Notes: generated by a model from the sequence alone, not told the origin. A stretch of DNA of 52,385 nucleotides from a virus (IMGVR_UViG_3300035070_002282:1-52385); one strand, 5' to 3'; positions 1 to 10,285 are shown, counted from the first letter of the stretch. A program made the numbers and translations.

Positions 1-3000
1 GAAGCAATTGACGCAGGATTATATGATCCAAGTGGTTATGCTCCTGATTGGAATACAGATCCAGAGAAAGCGGCAGTGGCATACACAGAATACACTTACT
101 TGGTAAACTGGTCAATGTGGGATATGAGTGTATACTGGGATGGCGGCTCTCTAAGTCCTGAATGGGACGACAGTTTAAAAACACCGGCAGGTATGTTAGC
201 AAATAACCCATTAGGTTATGCATTGTTCAATACATACTTTGCTCCAGTGTTGAGCAAACCAGATTTTGCCACAATAGAAAGTATCTTTGGCGAAAATGAC
301 ACAGGCGTGTCGGGATATGTTGTAGACGTATTATCAGAAGGTTCACCGGAAATACCAGCAATACCAGCAATACCAGGAAATTCGCAATTGTCTCCTACAA
401 ATCCAAATGCTCGTATGTTACCAATTACAGGTGCAGGACAAACAGGTATTGCATTGTATGATGATGACACTGAAGTTGCATCAAACATTATCGTACTTGA
501 CGAAGATGCAGTTCCGACCAATGACGGTGATGTTTTAATCTTTAGAAAGACAACTTCAGATGGTAGCTTTATTGCAGATCCTGAAAGTTACGATAGTGCT
601 ATCGATGGTGGCAATTTAGCTTACAGCAATGCAACTGGATTGCGCTCAGAAGATATTAACATTGATGGCGACGGATTTGTAACACCTACAACATCAAAAG
701 GTCCAGAAGAGGTTGTTCCGGGACAAGTAATGGACACATTAGATATCCAAGTATTTGAAAAGCCAATGGGCGGAGCAAGTCAAATTACTTCCTTAAATTA
801 TATTGGTAACGGTGTTACTAAAGTATTTAATATTGGATCAACTCCAGGAAAGAAAGAAAACTTATTTGTTAAGGTTGGCAATCAGCTAAAAACTAATAAC
901 GATTTTGCTATTGATTTTGTACGTAAAGAAATTGTGTTTAACACTGCGCCAATCGACGGCAGCAGAGTTAACATAGTTAATGTTGGGTTGTCGGCAGCTA
1001 GTATATTAGACATTGACAACTATATCGGCGACGGAGCAACTAATGATTTCTTAACAAATGCACGTTGGGAAGATAATGCAACAGCATATGTAACAGTAGA
1101 CGGAGTTACAACTGAAGTCGCACTGATTAAATCCGACGAGTCTTATGCATATCCAAATAACTTTATCATCTCGTTTCCAGTTACTCCACGAGCAGGTGCA
1201 AACATTAGAGTACTGTTAGCTGTTGGCGGCATAGATGTACTTGAACAGTACAGTCAAGTAACTGTAGATACACTTACAGCTGACGGCAGCACTATGCAGT
1301 TTGATTTAACATCTGCGCCGTTTGAACAACAGCCGGAAAGTGCGTATACCTTAGTTAAGGTTAATAATAGAATACTTAGCCCGGGCTATAGTGAACGCTT
1401 TGAAGTTACTAATAGTAGACAATACCAATTAGATTTAACACAAATTCCTGTCGGTGCTGCTAATGCTTACGATCTTGCTGTTTACCTAAATGGAACGGAA
1501 ATAGAATATATTCAGTCTTGGACATACGAAGGTGCTGGAATTTTTGATTCAACAGTTGATCCACAATCACAACCGGGCAGTACAATTACACTTGAAGCAG
1601 GTATCGGCGACCCGGGCGATGTACTAACTGTCTTTGTTTTAACAGACGGTGAGTATAGAATGGGATATTACGAAAGCGATAACACTTATGTTAAAACACC
1701 GGGCGTGTTGCATTTAGATAGTGCATATAGTGAAGGTGATGTTATTACAGTGTATCAATTTAGTAATCACAATAGTCAAGGATTTGAACGTCAAGTTATT
1801 ACAGTAGAAGAAAAAACTGAATTAACTATCGGAACTCCTCAGTACTATAAGTATAACTGGGTGAAACAAGGATACATTAAACTACGTAAGCCTGCTATTG
1901 ATGCACAATATGTGTGGGTAATTTTAAATGGCGAACTTTTATCACCAAACATTGAATACACTGTAACTGGTACTAACGATTATGTAAGATTGCAACAGCA
2001 GCCAAATGAAGGTGATGTTATTCAAATACTTCACTTTGGTAACAGTGTAGTTACTAACAAGTTTGGATTTAGAATCTTTAAAGATATCTTAAATCGTGTA
2101 CACTATAAGCGTCTTGAAGAATTATACGAACTTGCACAACCTTTAAATTGGTATGACACTTCTATTCATGTTGTTGATGCTAGTGATTTACCGAATCCAG
2201 AGTATAACACAAAATATCCAGGCGTTATTTTTATCGAAGGTGAAAGAATCGAATACTTTGGCAGAAATGACAATGAATTATTACAACTTCGTAGAGGAAC
2301 ACTAGGTACAGGAGTTAAGGAAACTTATGCAACAGGTAGTAAGTTTATGGAGCAAGGTAGAGCAACTACTATTCCGTACAAGGATACTACTAATAATATT
2401 TCTGTAACAGCAGGTGGATATAGTTTAGGTTCAACACTTTACGAAAACAGTATTAATGTAACAGTTACAAATATCGAATACGATTTTAATAACAACACTG
2501 CGTTTCCTTTAGGAGGCCAAGTGTGTACAGTGACTGGAACAGGATTTACTGATCGTGCTGAAATTTATGTTGGCGAAACACAAGTAACAACTACGTTTGT
2601 ATCAGAAACTGAACTAACATTTATTACTCCTGCACTACCTGTAGGAGCATATGATTTAATTGTTGTAAATCCGTTTACAAACGTTCCGATTGACACGCCA
2701 CAAACAAGCTATGTTGCTAATGGCGCGATTAAGTATGTACAAGTACTTCTACCGTTTGCTCCAATTCCAAATCCTGCAAGTGCAGTAGGATGGTATAAAG
2801 ATACAATTCCAGAAGAGTATTGGGAAGCACAAGACATCGAAGTGATTGTTGCAGGACGTAGATTGCGTAAGACACCTATTGATTTATACACTTATACAGC
2901 ACAAGATAGTCCAGAAGGCGACACGCGAGTTGAAGCAGAATATGCAGTAAACAAAGCTGTAGGAGCATATGTACGTTTAACTACACCACCGCCACAAGGC

Positions 3001-3123
3001 ACAACAGTTAATATTATAAGAAAGATAGGAACAAACTGGTCTGAAGAAGGCTCAACACTTGCACAAAGCAATTCAGACGTTGCAAAATTCTTACGTGAGA
3101 AGACAACCGACTTACCTCGATAA
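1..3123 (+). CDS. giant virion structural protein (baseplate wedge/VrlC-like), 5'-truncated by window edge
   Basis: Frame 1 is open from base 1 (EAIDAGLYDPSGY...), so the GTG at 76 is not the true start. Repeated beta-rich units (YIGNGVTKVF, YIGDGATNDF, LTADGSTMQF), an 'ERIEY...LRRGTLGT' motif, an IPT/TIG-like domain near the C-terminus, and tail genes follow. Confidence 0.7.
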   Translation, partial: EAIDAGLYDPSGYAPDWNTDPEKAAVAYTEYTYLVNWSMWDMSVYWDGGSLSPEWDDSLKTPAGMLANNPLGYALFNTYFAPVLSKPDFATIESIFGENDTGVSGYVVDVLSEGSPEIPAIPAIPGNSQLSPTNPNARMLPITGAGQTGIALYDDDTEVASNIIVLDEDAVPTNDGDVLIFRKTTSDGSFIADPESYDSAIDGGNLAYSNATGLRSEDINIDGDGFVTPTTSKGPEEVVPGQVMDTLDIQVFEKPMGGASQITSLNYIGNGVTKVFNIGSTPGKKENLFVKVGNQLKTNNDFAIDFVRKEIVFNTAPIDGSRVNIVNVGLSAASILDIDNYIGDGATNDFLTNARWEDNATAYVTVDGVTTEVALIKSDESYAYPNNFIISFPVTPRAGANIRVLLAVGGIDVLEQYSQVTVDTLTADGSTMQFDLTSAPFEQQPESAYTLVKVNNRILSPGYSERFEVTNSRQYQLDLTQIPVGAANAYDLAVYLNGTEIEYIQSWTYEGAGIFDSTVDPQSQPGSTITLEAGIGDPGDVLTVFVLTDGEYRMGYYESDNTYVKTPGVLHLDSAYSEGDVITVYQFSNHNSQGFERQVITVEEKTELTIGTPQYYKYNWVKQGYIKLRKPAIDAQYVWVILNGELLSPNIEYTVTGTNDYVRLQQQPNEGDVIQILHFGNSVVTNKFGFRIFKDILNRVHYKRLEELYELAQPLNWYDTSIHVVDASDLPNPEYNTKYPGVIFIEGERIEYFGRNDNELLQLRRGTLGTGVKETYATGSKFMEQGRATTIPYKDTTNNISVTAGGYSLGSTLYENSINVTVTNIEYDFNNNTAFPLGGQVCTVTGTGFTDRAEIYVGETQVTTTFVSETELTFITPALPVGAYDLIVVNPFTNVPIDTPQTSYVANGAIKYVQVLLPFAPIPNPASAVGWYKDTIPEEYWEAQDIEVIVAGRRLRKTPIDLYTYTAQDSPEGDTRVEAEYAVNKAVGAYVRLTTPPPQGTTVNIIRKIGTNWSEEGSTLAQSNSDVAKFLREKTTDLPR
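351..377 (+). repeat. 9-nt tandem repeat (aataccagc x3, last copy imperfect) encoding an IPAIPAIPG linker
   Basis: aataccagc aataccagc aataccagg read directly. Confidence 0.85.
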
Positions 3124-3126
3124 ATA
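3119..3126 (+). promoter_or_regulatory. T4-like late promoter (GATAAATA)
   Basis: TAAATA core overlaps the upstream stop codon; AGGA RBS and ATG at 3146 follow. Confidence 0.7.
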
Positions 3127-3145
3127 GTATACAGGAAGAGAAAAA

Positions 3146-3760
3146 ATGGCAGATAAATTAAATGATTTAAACGGGGTATTGCTCCAGGGGCATATCAAAA
3201 TACACAACCCAGAAACTGGGGAAGTATTAATAGATAAGCGCAATGCAATTCACTACGAAAATATGAGTATCTCTCTAGCAGAGTCGCTGGGCAACGGCGG
3301 TACTGGGTGGATTTATGAAATGGCGTTTGGCAACGGCGGAACGTCGGTTGACCCCACAGGCATCATTACATACTTAACTCCTAACAGTACAGGAACTAAT
3401 GCTAGTTTGTATAATCAAACATATTCTAAAGTAGTTGACGATAGAAGTGTTAACAACCTTGATCCAATTCGTAATAAGATTGAAACAAGACACGTTAGCG
3501 GAACAAACTATACTGACATTCTTGTTAGTTGTTTGTTAGACTATGGTGAACCAAATGGACAAGATGCATTTGACAATGCTACAGATGAAACAAGTTCTTA
3601 TATCTTTGATGAACTTGGATTAAGAGCTTATTCAGCAGCAGGTACAGGACGTCTGCTCACACACGTTATCTTCCACCCTGTACAAAAGAGCTTAAACAGA
3701 CTTATCCAAGTTGATTATACTGTGAGAGTACAATCACTTAGCGGTTTTAACGAGGTGTAA
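3146..3760 (+). CDS. putative baseplate/tail-fibre attachment structural protein
   Basis: GHIKI...NAI...MAFGNGG...FDELGL...H+IFHPVQKS...DYT pattern resembles phage tail-fibre N-terminal/baseplate domains; structural gene context. Confidence 0.6.
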   Translation: MADKLNDLNGVLLQGHIKIHNPETGEVLIDKRNAIHYENMSISLAESLGNGGTGWIYEMAFGNGGTSVDPTGIITYLTPNSTGTNASLYNQTYSKVVDDRSVNNLDPIRNKIETRHVSGTNYTDILVSCLLDYGEPNGQDAFDNATDETSSYIFDELGLRAYSAAGTGRLLTHVIFHPVQKSLNRLIQVDYTVRVQSLSGFNEV

Positions 3761-3763
3761 TAG

Positions 3764-5809
3764 ATGCCATATACGATTCCATATTCAGACGAAGCAAACA
3801 ACGGTACTATTACAGTAGTTGACAATACAGTTGATCAAACTACAAGTTTAAAGTTTCCAGGCAGAAATTCCACATCATATGGTACTGCAATTGCTGAAAA
3901 CTTTTTACATTTATTAGAAAATTTTGCTAGTGCTACACAACCAAATCGTCCTACTGAAGGACAAATGTGGTATGACACTACTCCAGGCGCAGAGCAACTT
4001 AAAGTTTATGACGGAACAGTGTGGATCCCGAGTGGGGGCCTAAACAGAGCACCAACTGCTCCTGATGTTGCGTTTTCACAATCAGGTGATTTGTGGGTAG
4101 ATACAGACAATCAGCAATTATATCTTAACTCAGGTTCGGGTTGGGTGCTTGTTGGTCCTACATTTAGTGATGGTCTTGCAACTGGCGCAAGTCCGTTAAC
4201 TGTTACAGGTACAGATAACGAACAACATACAGTAGTGCAAGTAGAAGTAAATGCACAACCTGTTGCATTAATTGCAACTGACTCCTTTACACCAAAATCA
4301 GTTATTCCGGGTTTTACAGTAATTAACCCAGGAATTAATTTAGCTAACAAAGACATCACTGGCGACGGCGCTCCTAAATTCTACGGAACAGCTGAAAAAG
4401 CAGAAAACTTAATTGTTAATAATATTAGTGTTGCTGCTGGAAACTTTTTACGAGGTGACGTAACTAGTACAACACTATTTCCTGTAAACGTACAAAACAA
4501 TACAGGACTTGTTATTGGCACTGATGCTGCAATCAACATAGGAGTTGAAGGCCAAGCTGGTATTATTAGACACCAGATTGAAGGATCAAATATCGATCTT
4601 CAAGTTAAGAATTCGGGCAGTACTAAAACTGTATTACGTGTTGATTCTAATTTGCGTGTAGGCATTAATAATGAAGCCCCAGACGAAGCACTTGATGTTA
4701 CTGGCAATATTCAAACTGATTCAAACTTATTTGTAAACGGAACAACTCAAAGTACAACTATTGGCACAGGTAGTGTTATTGTTAAAGGCGGAGTTGGCAT
4801 TGCTAAAAATGTAAACGTTGGCGGCGCAGCACAGGTATTAGGTGTTACTACATTAGCAAATACTATTCCAGACGGCAACAACACTCGTAACTTAGGATCT
4901 GCCACATCTAAATGGCAAAATATGTATGCAACAACATTTATTGGTAACTTAACTGGTAATGTTAATGGTACAGTTTCAGGTATTGCTGGATCAGCAAATA
5001 AACTAACTTCGGCATCTACCTTTAGAATCACAGGAGACATTGTTGCAGATGACGTTACGTTTGACGGGCAAACAGGCGGCTCGTTAAAAACATTTACAAC
5101 TAGAATCGGTAACGCTATTATTTCGGCTCGAGATGCTACTACTAGTACACAAATTGATGATGAAATGATCATTAACCGAGTTTCGGGTAGTACAGGGTTA
5201 TACAAAACATCTAGAAAAACATTATTATCAGCAGTACCAATTAATCCGGCAGGAGTATTGATGCCATATGCGGGCACAAGTGTTCCAAGAGACTGGCTAT
5301 TATGTGACGGTGGCCAATATAGAATTTCAGAATATAGTAGTCTGTTTGATGCTATTGGTTATAACTTTGGCGCTCGTGTTTCACTTCCGTCAGGGTTTTT
5401 TAAAGTACCAGACATGCGTGGTAGAACACCACTGGGTGCTGACAATATGGGCGGAACAAACGCAAATGTTGTAAACGCAGACTATGCACAAAGTATTGGA
5501 CAAATAGGCGGATCAGAATTTGAAGTAATCGATACTACTAATTTGCCAGAACACAAGCACGATTTGCGTGCAGGCGACACAAAAACAGGACCACAATTTT
5601 ATGCAGTCCAAAGAGATTCAGACGAAACTCCAGAAGGATCAATTTACTTTGGGTTAAATCCTGCAGACTCAGTTACGTCTGCATACGGCCTACCTAACTC
5701 TGGAGGACTTTTAGTTGACCCAGACACAGACGTAGGACAACCTTTAAATGTTATGAATCCAACAATGACATTTAACTATATCATCTATACTGGCAGGGCA
5801 ATATCATGA
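3764..5809 (+). CDS. tail fibre protein with C-terminal tail-collar domain
   Basis: PAGVLMPYAG..P..WLLCDG..Y....Y..LF.AIG...PDMRGR collar motif and NLPEHKH; N-terminal domain shared with the next two genes. Confidence 0.85.
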   Translation: MPYTIPYSDEANNGTITVVDNTVDQTTSLKFPGRNSTSYGTAIAENFLHLLENFASATQPNRPTEGQMWYDTTPGAEQLKVYDGTVWIPSGGLNRAPTAPDVAFSQSGDLWVDTDNQQLYLNSGSGWVLVGPTFSDGLATGASPLTVTGTDNEQHTVVQVEVNAQPVALIATDSFTPKSVIPGFTVINPGINLANKDITGDGAPKFYGTAEKAENLIVNNISVAAGNFLRGDVTSTTLFPVNVQNNTGLVIGTDAAINIGVEGQAGIIRHQIEGSNIDLQVKNSGSTKTVLRVDSNLRVGINNEAPDEALDVTGNIQTDSNLFVNGTTQSTTIGTGSVIVKGGVGIAKNVNVGGAAQVLGVTTLANTIPDGNNTRNLGSATSKWQNMYATTFIGNLTGNVNGTVSGIAGSANKLTSASTFRITGDIVADDVTFDGQTGGSLKTFTTRIGNAIISARDATTSTQIDDEMIINRVSGSTGLYKTSRKTLLSAVPINPAGVLMPYAGTSVPRDWLLCDGGQYRISEYSSLFDAIGYNFGARVSLPSGFFKVPDMRGRTPLGADNMGGTNANVVNADYAQSIGQIGGSEFEVIDTTNLPEHKHDLRAGDTKTGPQFYAVQRDSDETPEGSIYFGLNPADSVTSAYGLPNSGGLLVDPDTDVGQPLNVMNPTMTFNYIIYTGRAIS

Positions 5810-7662
5810 GTTATAAATTAAACAAAACCGACGGCGAGCTGTTAGTTGAATTAGCAGACGGCATTGTAGACAACGTTACAACAGACATTACGTTAGTAGG
5901 TAAGAACTACAAAGGTTTTGGCGAATTTTTAAACGAAAATTTTATTAAGATAATGGAAAATTTTGCTGGAACTTCAACGCCAGGCGCACCATTGTTAGGG
6001 CAACTTTGGTATGACACAGGCGAAGCAAGGTTAAAATTATACGATGGCAGTACATTTAGAACTGCTGGTGGACCAATTGTAAGCAATACAAGACCACAAA
6101 TGGTCGCAGGCGACATTTGGATTGACAATGAAAACAATAAAATGTACTTTTTTGACGGTACAGACTTAGTATTAGTTGGACCCGATTATGATTCTGGACA
6201 AGGACAAACTGGGTTTGAAGTTTCATCAGTAATTGACATTTCAGCACGTGAGCGTGTTGTACTAAAGATATGGATTGGCGGCACATTATTTGGCGTTATT
6301 ACAAAAGAAGAATTTAGATTATCCGGCGAGAATAAAATTCCTAGTTATCCAGATGACGCAGACGATATTGTTATTCCAAAACGTCAGTTGTTTGAAAAAG
6401 GATTTAATTTAGTTGATGACAACTTTTGGTATAGAGGTACATCACAGAAAACTCGTTCATTAGTTGACGCTGACGGTCAAGCATATACATCAGCAGACTT
6501 TTTGCCAACAACCGATAACGGCGAAACTGTAGGTTCTATTAATATTAAAAATAGTAATGGACTAATAGTTGGTGTTGCTGACACTACATATGTACAACTA
6601 AAAGTTAACGGTTCGACGACTGTAATCGAGACACAGCAAAGTAATACAGACTTTGCTATCAGAACACGATCAGGAAATACATTCCGAGATGCACTTTATG
6701 TTGATGCCAGTTCAAATAGGATTGGCCTATTTAATCGCTTACCAGAACATACACTAGATGTTAATGGATCATTTAGGTCAAAAGGCGATGCAATAATTGA
6801 CGGCAACCTAACTGTTAACGGTGAAGCAACTTATGTTAATGTTGCTAATATTCAAGTTGAAGATGTTAACATTGAATTAGGAGTATCAGAAGGATCAGCA
6901 GGAGACAACGCTGCTATTGACGGCGGCGGCATTATCTTAAAATCATCTGAAGGCGATAAGTCTATATTGTTCGACAATGCAACAAGTTCATTTGATGCTA
7001 ATTTAAATTGGAACTTGACTACAGGCAACTCTTATAAAATTAACGATTCGTTAGTACTAAGCACAACTGAATTAGGTAATTCAGTAACACTCGCTAGTGG
7101 ATTAAACGAACTAGGCACATTAATTTATCTTAATGTAGACAACATTAGATTAGACGGAAACACTATTACTACGTTTGGTTCTGGGTTAACTATTAATCCA
7201 GCAGGTAACATAAGTGTAAGTGCTTCAAAAATTACAGATGTAGTAGATCCTACACTAGCACAAGATGTAGCAACAAAAAATTACGTAGATGTAACAATAA
7301 GTAGTGAACCGGTAGTACTAGCATTAGACGTTACTGGGTTAAGTGCGCCAGCAGTAAACAATCCGTATACTGATGTTGCAGCGATTATTGAAACACTATC
7401 TCCAGCAGCTAATAAAGCTGACGGAACACAGGCCAGGGTACACTGTACATCATATGCAAATGTGCAAGTTACAGGAATTGATGTACAAACAGCAATGAGT
7501 AAAAGTTATTTGTCGGTATTAACAGATGACTCAACTGCACAATCAGTTGTGCAAGACATTAACTTTGCATCAGTTGATGCAAACGCAAACTTAACACCAA
7601 CAAGGTCAACAATGACATTCCAAGTATTGGGCAATGCGTGGAGTTGGGTGAGTACTGCGTAA
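5806..7662 (+). CDS. tail fibre protein (paralog)
   Basis: Shared N-terminal 'LVGKNY.G+GE..NENF+.++ENFA...P..P..GQ.W+D' domain; 'DPTLAQDVATKNYVD' fibre knob motif; ATGA overlap with the previous gene. Confidence 0.8.
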   Translation: MSYKLNKTDGELLVELADGIVDNVTTDITLVGKNYKGFGEFLNENFIKIMENFAGTSTPGAPLLGQLWYDTGEARLKLYDGSTFRTAGGPIVSNTRPQMVAGDIWIDNENNKMYFFDGTDLVLVGPDYDSGQGQTGFEVSSVIDISARERVVLKIWIGGTLFGVITKEEFRLSGENKIPSYPDDADDIVIPKRQLFEKGFNLVDDNFWYRGTSQKTRSLVDADGQAYTSADFLPTTDNGETVGSINIKNSNGLIVGVADTTYVQLKVNGSTTVIETQQSNTDFAIRTRSGNTFRDALYVDASSNRIGLFNRLPEHTLDVNGSFRSKGDAIIDGNLTVNGEATYVNVANIQVEDVNIELGVSEGSAGDNAAIDGGGIILKSSEGDKSILFDNATSSFDANLNWNLTTGNSYKINDSLVLSTTELGNSVTLASGLNELGTLIYLNVDNIRLDGNTITTFGSGLTINPAGNISVSASKITDVVDPTLAQDVATKNYVDVTISSEPVVLALDVTGLSAPAVNNPYTDVAAIIETLSPAANKADGTQARVHCTSYANVQVTGIDVQTAMSKSYLSVLTDDSTAQSVVQDINFASVDANANLTPTRSTMTFQVLGNAWSWVSTA

Positions 7663-7675
7663 TAATTTGAAATAC

Positions 7676-7683
7676 GATAAATA
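7676..7683 (+). promoter_or_regulatory. T4-like late promoter (GATAAATA)
   Basis: Intergenic TAAATA upstream of AGGGG RBS and ATG 7709. Confidence 0.7.
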
Positions 7684-7708
7684 CGTTATATAACAGGGGT
7701 TCAAAAAG

Positions 7709-9196
7709 ATGGCATACACTATCGACAAATACAATAGACAGATCCTAACCGTAGTAGAAGACGGTACGATTGATCAAACAACTGATCTTAAATTAGTTGG
7801 TAAAAACTACGCAGGATACGGCGAAATTCAAAACGAGAATTTTGTTTACTTGCTAGAAAACTTTGCAGGAGCAACTGCTCCGCCTAAGCCAGTCGGCGGG
7901 CAAGTATGGTTTGATTCTAGTCAAAGTAAACTTAAATTCTACGATAGTAGTAAATGGCGAACAACAGGTGGCGCAGAAGTACTTGCTAGTGCTCCTTCAG
8001 GACTAACAGAAGGCGACTTTTGGTGGGATACATCAAATGAACAACTCTATGCATATAACGGTACAGATTTTGTACTAGTAGGACCCCAAGATGCTGGAGA
8101 TGGTATTACACAGATGCAATCACGTTCAGTGCGTGACACCAACGGTGTAACACATTCGATTATTGCTTCTGTTGTAGAAGACACAGTTGTACATATTATT
8201 TCAAATGACACATTTACTATCGATAGTAGTGATGCAGAAAATAGAATTCCGGGATTTGACACTGTTAAACAGGGTATTACATTAGTTAATACATTAGCAT
8301 CAACAAACGGCGTAACAGCAACTAACCACGTTTTTTGGGGTACTGCACAAAACGCAAATAAATTAGGCGGCGTTGACGCTACTAACTTTATTCAAGCAGG
8401 CAGTGCATCATTTGCTACTCTTGCTAGTTTTAGTGACTTTGGTATTGCAATTGGCGACTCAAATGACTTCAAACTTGTTATTGAAAACGACAACCAAGTA
8501 GTAATGTCCAACGAGGTTGGCACTCAAATTTCTATTAAAGCAAAAAATACACTAGGACAACTAATTAATCCAGTTATTTTTAAAGCAAACGCAATCGAGC
8601 CAGGGTTACAGAGCGATGATGTAACAAGAGAAACAGTTACACTTGGCACACCAACAGCACCGTTTAATAATGTATATGCTAATAACTTTACTGGCACTGC
8701 TGAAAAAGCAACGTTCCTTGTTGTTTCAGGTTCTAACAAATCAGGATCAGTTGCAGCAAATGCAGATAGTGTTGCAGTTCGTGATGCAAGCGGCGATCTA
8801 CGTGCAAACTTATTTAGAGGTACTGCATTATCCGCAAAATTTGCTGACTTGGCAGAAAAATATTCAACACCAACCGAACTTCCAGCAGGTACAGCAGTAG
8901 CAGTATGCAGAAATGAAGACCATGATGTAGATACAGCAAGTGCTGGGCAGCATTGTATTGGTGTAGTTTCAACAGATCCTGCATTAAAAATGAATAGCGA
9001 AGCTGAAGGACAGTATATTGCACTTAAAGGGCGTGTTCCGGTAAGAGTAAAAGGTCCTGTTTCAAAAGGCATGGCAATTTATGCTTGGCAAGACGGAGTT
9101 TGTACCACTATTGCTGCTACAGCATTAGTAGGAATTGCATTAGAGACTAACAATTCAGAAGAAGAAAAATTAGTCGAGTGTGTTCTAAAAGTATAA
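7709..9196 (+). CDS. tail fibre protein with C-terminal intramolecular chaperone/peptidase G2-like domain
   Basis: Shared N-terminal domain; C-terminal ADLAEKY...GT...GVVSTDP...IALKGRVPVRV.G...KG motif. Confidence 0.75.
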   Translation: MAYTIDKYNRQILTVVEDGTIDQTTDLKLVGKNYAGYGEIQNENFVYLLENFAGATAPPKPVGGQVWFDSSQSKLKFYDSSKWRTTGGAEVLASAPSGLTEGDFWWDTSNEQLYAYNGTDFVLVGPQDAGDGITQMQSRSVRDTNGVTHSIIASVVEDTVVHIISNDTFTIDSSDAENRIPGFDTVKQGITLVNTLASTNGVTATNHVFWGTAQNANKLGGVDATNFIQAGSASFATLASFSDFGIAIGDSNDFKLVIENDNQVVMSNEVGTQISIKAKNTLGQLINPVIFKANAIEPGLQSDDVTRETVTLGTPTAPFNNVYANNFTGTAEKATFLVVSGSNKSGSVAANADSVAVRDASGDLRANLFRGTALSAKFADLAEKYSTPTELPAGTAVAVCRNEDHDVDTASAGQHCIGVVSTDPALKMNSEAEGQYIALKGRVPVRVKGPVSKGMAIYAWQDGVCTTIAATALVGIALETNNSEEEKLVECVLKV

Positions 9197-9199
9197 ATA
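9192..9199 (+). promoter_or_regulatory. T4-like late promoter (TATAAATA)
   Basis: Perfect T4 late consensus overlapping the stop codon; GAGGA RBS before ATG 9223. Confidence 0.8.
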
Positions 9200-9222
9200 T
9201 ACGTATATAATGAGGAAAAGAC

Positions 9223-10209
9223 ATGGCAGTTTCAAAAGGTGACCTAATTTCAGCAGCCCAGTTTAACGGGATGCAAAGTAGAATCGCAACAGTATTAGGT
9301 AATGGTTCTGGTAATTACGGTTATGGACAAACTGTTACTAGTGTTCAAGTATCAACAGGAACCGATACAATTACAGCAGCACAAATTGATTTATTAAGAG
9401 CCGATATGGCTAAAGCATATACACACCAAAACGGTGTTCTTTTACCGCTTAGAAATATTTCTCCAGGTGATGTTATTGGCGCCGACGTATCAGGTACAGA
9501 TATTACATACGATAATATTGGCAATGACACAGTAGTTAATTCTGACATCCAAGGCGGCGTAAATGATTATTTAGATGTATTAGACGATCTCGAAACTTAC
9601 CGTTTTACTATTGATGACTCACAAGATACTATTGCTGATGCATTAACCGATACTAGAACAAGCAATTGGAATTCTTCAATAACTGGAATATACCGGGCTT
9701 CGTTTACAGACGCAAATCATAGACGTCACTTTTTTAACTCTGGCGGACAGATTAGAATCTATCTTACTATGGCAAATGCTGTTTCGTCAAAAGATACTAA
9801 TTGGCAAACTATAATTACTAATCCGGGAACTGTTCTTTTTGGACATGACTATGTATCAGTTACGGGTAGTACAACTGGTGTTACAATTAATCCTGTCGGC
9901 AATTATGAGATAATCAGTGGTGCTACAACAGTGTTCACTAAGACGGGCAACAGCGGTGTGTATGCAGAAAACAATTGGCGAGTACAATTTTGGGAGGAAA
10001 ATTCTTCCACAATTAGATTCGCTGTTATCTTAGAGGACGCCGATACTGGTGATGAACCAGTTGTTCCAGTTCCGGATGGCGGAATTCCAGGGGGCGTCGA
10101 CGAACAAATTACAGGCGACATTACAGTTAATGTAGGGTCACGTAGAGCTTCTGGATCTAATGTTTCTGTTGTTGCTCCTGCATTTACAACAATCAGCACA
10201 TTAGAATAA
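9223..10209 (+). CDS. putative tail/virion structural protein
   Basis: N-terminal 'GDLISAAQFN' and 'ITAAQID.LR.D' repeats typical of small tail proteins; T/S/G-rich; has its own late promoter. Confidence 0.55.
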   Translation: MAVSKGDLISAAQFNGMQSRIATVLGNGSGNYGYGQTVTSVQVSTGTDTITAAQIDLLRADMAKAYTHQNGVLLPLRNISPGDVIGADVSGTDITYDNIGNDTVVNSDIQGGVNDYLDVLDDLETYRFTIDDSQDTIADALTDTRTSNWNSSITGIYRASFTDANHRRHFFNSGGQIRIYLTMANAVSSKDTNWQTIITNPGTVLFGHDYVSVTGSTTGVTINPVGNYEIISGATTVFTKTGNSGVYAENNWRVQFWEENSSTIRFAVILEDADTGDEPVVPVPDGGIPGGVDEQITGDITVNVGSRRASGSNVSVVAPAFTTISTLE

Positions 10210-10230
10210 TAAACATCTGTCAATAAGAGC

Positions 10231-10259
10231 TTGACATAATACTCCTTTTCATATATACT
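10231..10259 (+). promoter_or_regulatory. sigma70-type promoter TTGACA-17-TATACT
   Basis: TTGACA 10231-10236, 17-nt spacer, TATACT 10254-10259. Confidence 0.8.
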
Positions 10260-10285
10260 AGTATGTATATGACTAGGAGTTTTTT
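10241..10285 (+). terminator. extended hairpin plus U-tract (possible terminator/RBS-occluding structure)
   Basis: ACTCCT(10241-46) pairs with AGGAGT(10275-80); TCATATATA(10249-57) pairs with TGTATATGA(10264-72); TTTTT follows. Confidence 0.5.

Noticed and set aside
10195-10223. Antisense sigma70 promoter from the TTGACA on the minus strand at 10218-10223
   Set aside because: There is no plausible -10 box at the correct spacing; kept only as an inverted-repeat arm.
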